Origin: an uncultured archaeon
GTDB taxonomy: Archaea; Aenigmatarchaeota; Aenigmatarchaeia; GW2011-AR5
Assembly: GCA_964394755.1 (NCBI GenBank)
Contig: CAYMYT010000002.1
Location: forward strand, 1-30,832
Reading direction: 5' to 3'
Length of the DNA: 30,832 nt
This document shows, one piece after another, positions 27,701 to 30,832 of this stretch (position 1 is the stretch's first letter; each line of letters opens with the position of its first letter). The position numbers and the translations under genes were made by a program. The notes beneath the pieces were generated by a model that did no database searches, was not told where the DNA came from, and worked only from the letters and a program-made list of their open reading frames with translations.

Positions 27701-28353
27701 CTATTAGGACTATATTCTATAGAGATGTGATACCTATACCAACAGAAATTTCCTTTGTACCATTACTTCCAAGTGTGCCGACTGCAGAAAAGGCGTACCA
27801 ATATTTAGAAATTGTTCATTCAGATAAACTTGATACAGACATAAAGGTCGTGAATATTGTGTTTAAAGTCAACAAAACATGGATAAAAGTAAACAATATT
27901 AATAGAAGTAGTATTACTTTACAAAGATTTGAAAATACTTGGAAAAAACTCCAGACAGATTTCCTGAAGGAAGATTCCTCATTTGTTTTTTACACAGCAG
28001 TATCGCCTGGATTCTCTACATTTGCTATAACAGGTGATAATTTACCTACAGTGAAAGAAAATGAATTACTAATAACAACAAAGTCTGAGAGAATAGATAC
28101 GACTACAAATACGACTGATTTTAATATATGTAAGCCTGGTATAAGGCTTTGTTACGCAAGTGGACTGCGTGAATGCAATAAAGGTCTAGAATTTGTGGTG
28201 ATAGAAAATTGCGAATTTGGTTGTTTAGATGGAAAATGTAGAACCAAAACATTACCCGACACCACATTTTTTGTTATCGGTTTTGTTGTTTTAGTAATAA
28301 TTGTAGCGTTCATAATTGTTTTGATGGGTAGTCATAAAAGCAAAACACTTTGA
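24745..28353 (+). CDS. Membrane-anchored surface zinc metalloprotease (M11/M6-like metzincin) with CARDB-like, Cys-rich and PGF-pre-PGF domains
   Basis: N-terminal hydrophobic segment, HELGHGFGLLH, EYGDFYDVMG Met-turn, YYLEYR, two DL..N.G...E...NN modules, CGDTLC..ESCSSCSSDCG, YTAVSPGFSTFAI, C-terminal TM helix. Confidence 0.88.
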   Translation: MLLSNSRIKLGVLVLTITMLILLLSTGLSVVGYFRLPEDNITLARELTGSLLNRIDDLELDLVTGEFDRIKTEELITVAQKRKNVMLSLIEENITEATNLFLPEDVRKRLPNSVQPYIENYVSIEGRAEILHADEFGSEISRFLYFLESNGTQVSLHSNSSLDDIEHLDSNAKVSVAGYKLGNKVVTLGKQNLQIIEEAEDRIIGNQNILVIFAVEHGSNFNYLNEEVVSKIMSSANDYIKEVSYGKASIKAEKILPVSVNDACSAKSVVAAADPLVDFQEYDSVMVFSPSTAASTKCGCAFGYIDKITWVTGDGKVKMSYAYLSENCSTLRNVLHELGHGFGLLHANMLDCQKRSFGDVGPDGCKPVEYGDFYDVMGGGKRVVHFNSYHKEKLGWIDENKITVTSSGTYILSPIEKYDGLLVIKIPWGEDFYYLEYRKPIGFDEDLPTSGQDATLIHFAPRFIGRTTSNLVSLPLSVRGEYVDKIKGIGIKFVENGADAKIKVTHFNDFVDLTGKIVLPKKITLNTKELEVYLTNLGTVDAYGANVTLLDYTTGEILGTKIVDLAAKESINTTLAFASKNISGLHEIGVRLEFQKDSNQENNIYRTFSRVFPDKPDLVVSMQIDKTKKDVSAKLKIENRGGKSAKDVDAKLYSNAKLIWNSTIEIPDGYIWSENIDLLLENGPHTIKFYANTEEEYNNQDNTIEKDVFLSRSETIVNLNIKSKNTTTIFIQGIGIFNFRPNDTDRTFKFSDEPTTIAFLDINKNSNRYNAISFDSVTISENLSAFFEPKREKTVGQDITLYTVYPINVSWSYKNIDITFIENLSALGMLNTSAAGVYSCDKFNFVTYLCNSKWSSLVTSKFEGFAATRHSNSDTVTLEASIKEAQAVALGEPNFCGDTLCSVSESCSSCSSDCGKCPEQPTVPSSIGSRFAFVILPSGSVSPEAIVTTPIKITETLKPEKIHKVEDEYEIALSLDVKRPEIAIDSIRTIFYRDVIPIPTEISFVPLLPSVPTAEKAYQYLEIVHSDKLDTDIKVVNIVFKVNKTWIKVNNINRSSITLQRFENTWKKLQTDFLKEDSSFVFYTAVSPGFSTFAITGDNLPTVKENELLITTKSERIDTTTNTTDFNICKPGIRLCYASGLRECNKGLEFVVIENCEFGCLDGKCRTKTLPDTTFFVIGFVVLVIIVAFIIVLMGSHKSKTL

Positions 28354-28382
28354 AGAACAATAACTAGTATCCATGATATTTA

Positions 28383-28919
28383 TCATTTATGATATTTATC
28401 CCAAACTTTGATAAATTCTACAAAATTATCTAGAATTTTCTTACCATCAAGACCCAATTCTGGATTAAAATGTACGGCAAACAATGGATTCTCACGATGC
28501 TGTATAACCTCATATTCACATGTGGGTGACTGTGCTACAACATCAAAGTTTTCTGGCAAATTATCTATAGTATATTTAGATTCACTTACAACATTAAAAG
28601 ATGATTTAAGATTGAGAAGAGTTGGTGATGCCTTAACTATTTTTGTTCGGACATTTTTTGCTGGCTTGGACTCCAGAATCTTGGCGCCAAACGCACTTGC
28701 TACATATGCACCACCTAGGCCTATACCTAATACAGGTTTTTTTGTAGTTTTTACAAAATCCTCTATTGTCTTCTTCAGAGTATTATTTAGGATGCCATCT
28801 GATATAATAAAACCTAGACAATCTGTTTTAAGTGCATCTGCCGGCTTCTTGATCTGTGCAGTCATGCGTAAATTTTTTATGATCTCACTAGCATTACCAT
28901 TATCGATGACTATTAACAT
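28383..28919 (-). CDS. Class I glutamine amidotransferase-like protein (GMP synthase subunit A-like), catalytic residues substituted
   Basis: IVIDNG, KPVLGIGLG..VASAFG, LPENFDVVAQS, FAVHFNPE..GKKILDNF. Confidence 0.85.
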   Translation of the reverse strand: MLIVIDNGNASEIIKNLRMTAQIKKPADALKTDCLGFIISDGILNNTLKKTIEDFVKTTKKPVLGIGLGGAYVASAFGAKILESKPAKNVRTKIVKASPTLLNLKSSFNVVSESKYTIDNLPENFDVVAQSPTCEYEVIQHRENPLFAVHFNPELGLDGKKILDNFVEFIKVWDKYHK

Positions 28920-29103
28920 AATTAACAATCTAGAATAATCTTCTTAAGCGTAAGTAATGCGATTAGTAGAACATATTTGTGCATTTTTGGCATCATATCC
29001 TGTTTAAAAAACAATGTAATTTTTTCGTGTGTCTGGCGTAATTGAAATTTAGCTTCATTTTTTCTACACATAGGTTTAAAGCATTATGTAACTTTAAAGT
29101 AGT

Positions 29104-30411
29104 ATGAAAATGTCTAAATTCGCTACGGGGTTGATGACTGCACTATGTCTTTATGGTGGTAGCGCTTACGGTGATGAGTTATCATATAGATTGAAAATTG
29201 ATAAGCCGAATGAAATAAAATTGCTAGAGACATATCCAAGACTGGTCATTGGTGTAGACGCAGTTGGTGGTAATGATGATAATTATAAGATTAGTATAGT
29301 TTCACCTAACAAACCGAACGATTTCGTACTTAGTTATGGTGCAAAGAAAACTCAAAATGTATCATTGAAGGATTATGTTGAAAATACCGATCTTGGACCT
29401 ACATTCATAAGTGAGAGCATCTTAACAAAAGAAGAAGAAAAAGAAGGTTTTGTAGTACTGCCACTAGATTTACTGGTATCACTTGGTTCTAGAGGTGAGT
29501 CTGGTTACTTTACTCGACTTCTTTACGGCGATACTAAGAACAACACAGGTGTTGATGTAAATGTTAAAGCATCATTTCATGGCCTACCACCATCAGAGGT
29601 TAAAAATAGTATATTATCAGAAACTAATACGAGAGACGCTGGTTTTGTTATTGATCACAGAAATGAAAATAGTCGCCCGACAGCACTAATTCTTTACAAA
29701 GATATTAAATTCGTTGACACAGACGGAACTAAAAAGGACAGTAAACGAGGTGGTATTTCAGGAAATCGTAGATTTGGAAATTTATTTGGACTTGGTGACG
29801 CAATCGCTAGTGGATCATTCAACCTAGTTAAAACAGGTAAAGATGAGAATTACAATATTAATGGAACTGCTATGTACAGCGTTGATCATGAAAAATACTC
29901 ACTTTTCGTGGTACCATCCATAGATCTCATCAAATCTGATAAAAATATTGACCAAACAGTTGGTATAAAATTTGTCTATAATGAAAATTCTGATAAAGAT
30001 ATCAGAGAAGTTGACAAACAAAACTACGAGAAATTTTTTATAGGTGGTATTGAAGCTAAATTTATACTTCCAGATACTTTACGTGCTGTCGTGGCAGAAG
30101 AAGGTTTGTATAGTTTGAATCATGCTAATAATATTACTGGAACAAGTAGATATTCAATAGATTACAAGAATTCAAACTCTGGTCCTGTCTCGACTAATGA
30201 AGTCGGTATAGATATTTTTTTGAATAAGGTTGGGTTCAATATAGGCCATAAATCTGTCGATGTTGGTAACACTACAACAAAGAAAACTAGTATTGGTACT
30301 AATTTCTTTACAAGCAAAGATAATGCTATAGGTGTTAATGTTGAATACAGTAAAGTTGAAGATAGACATAAACCTGAAGTGATGATTATTATCAGGAAAA
30401 AATTTGAGTGA
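29104..30411 (+). CDS. Secreted beta-rich hypothetical protein
   Basis: Signal-peptide-like MKMSKFATGLMTALCLYGGSAYG; amphipathic beta-strand pattern in the C-terminal half. Confidence 0.75.
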   Translation: MKMSKFATGLMTALCLYGGSAYGDELSYRLKIDKPNEIKLLETYPRLVIGVDAVGGNDDNYKISIVSPNKPNDFVLSYGAKKTQNVSLKDYVENTDLGPTFISESILTKEEEKEGFVVLPLDLLVSLGSRGESGYFTRLLYGDTKNNTGVDVNVKASFHGLPPSEVKNSILSETNTRDAGFVIDHRNENSRPTALILYKDIKFVDTDGTKKDSKRGGISGNRRFGNLFGLGDAIASGSFNLVKTGKDENYNINGTAMYSVDHEKYSLFVVPSIDLIKSDKNIDQTVGIKFVYNENSDKDIREVDKQNYEKFFIGGIEAKFILPDTLRAVVAEEGLYSLNHANNITGTSRYSIDYKNSNSGPVSTNEVGIDIFLNKVGFNIGHKSVDVGNTTTKKTSIGTNFFTSKDNAIGVNVEYSKVEDRHKPEVMIIIRKKFE

Positions 30412-30416
30412 TTTCT

Positions 30417-30832
30417 ATGATTGCACGCCTCACACTAGTATTTCTGGTTAGTTTTATGGTTCTTTTAGCTTATGCTGTAGACTTGCCACCTACAACTAGT
30501 TTGTCAGCAACAATTTCTGGAAATACTTTGGTTTTAACAGCACTAGCAATAGATAGTGCTGATAATGCAGGTATTGTAAGATTAGAAATTTTTGAAGATT
30601 CGAATCTGATAAAATCCACTGGCTGTTCTGGTAGAAGTTGTACTATAACTGATGTTGTTGTTCATAGTGCTTCCAAACATAGTTACTACGCAAGTTCGAC
30701 TGATATAAGTGGAAAGAGCACAAATTCTGAAACTAAAACAATAGATTTCCCAGTAGTTCCAAATAGAGCTCCTGTTCTGAATGCTATTGGAAGTAAGAGT
30801 GTTAATGAGAATCAGTTGATTAGTTTTGTGGT
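30417..30832 (+). CDS. Secreted Ig-like-domain surface protein; 3' truncated by window edge
   Basis: Open frame MIARLTLVFLVSFMVLLAYA-VDLPP...AID..GIVRLEIFED...NRAPVLNAIGSKSVNENQ (Ig/cadherin-like repeat start); not in the ORF track. Confidence 0.8.
   Translation, partial: MIARLTLVFLVSFMVLLAYAVDLPPTTSLSATISGNTLVLTALAIDSADNAGIVRLEIFEDSNLIKSTGCSGRSCTITDVVVHSASKHSYYASSTDISGKSTNSETKTIDFPVVPNRAPVLNAIGSKSVNENQLISFV

Noticed and set aside
28252..28266. LPDTT before the C-terminal TM helix as a sortase LPxTG signal
   Set aside because: It lacks the Gly and no sortase is in view; chance is likely.

Overview
AT-rich, gene-dense archaeal window. radB, cdc48, archaeal-type TyrRS, rtcA, a PGF-pre-PGF surface protein and TATA-box promoters point to archaea; the compact, overlapping gene layout suggests a DPANN, possibly Aenigmarchaeota-like, lineage (inference). 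1-8.7 kb is a surface-glycan locus: GT4 glycosyltransferase, D-2-hydroxyacid dehydrogenase, two SDR epimerases and a four-step GDP-heptose-type pathway packed into two fusion proteins (HddA-GmhA, GmhB-HddC). Facing away from it are a ROK kinase and a ribbon-helix-helix/nucleotidyltransferase fusion that looks like a sugar-nucleotide-sensing regulator, with a candidate tandem operator. 8.8-18.2 kb is core genes: DUF2797, rtcA, beta-CASP nuclease, tyrS, serS, topA, radB and an Ndt-like protein. 18.2-20.0 kb is a 1.77-kb integrase-free cargo segment bounded by an exact 45-bp direct repeat. 20-24 kb holds a wHTH / unannotated SEC-C microprotein / HEAT-repeat unit, and a Cas2-fold-like gene followed by cdc48, with a duplicated gene junction and a D1/D2 near-identical tract. 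24-30.8 kb holds membrane and surface proteins, a catalytically dead GATase and a secreted beta-barrel-like protein. No tRNA, rRNA, CRISPR array or transposase was seen. All calls come from reading motifs by eye; no searches were run.
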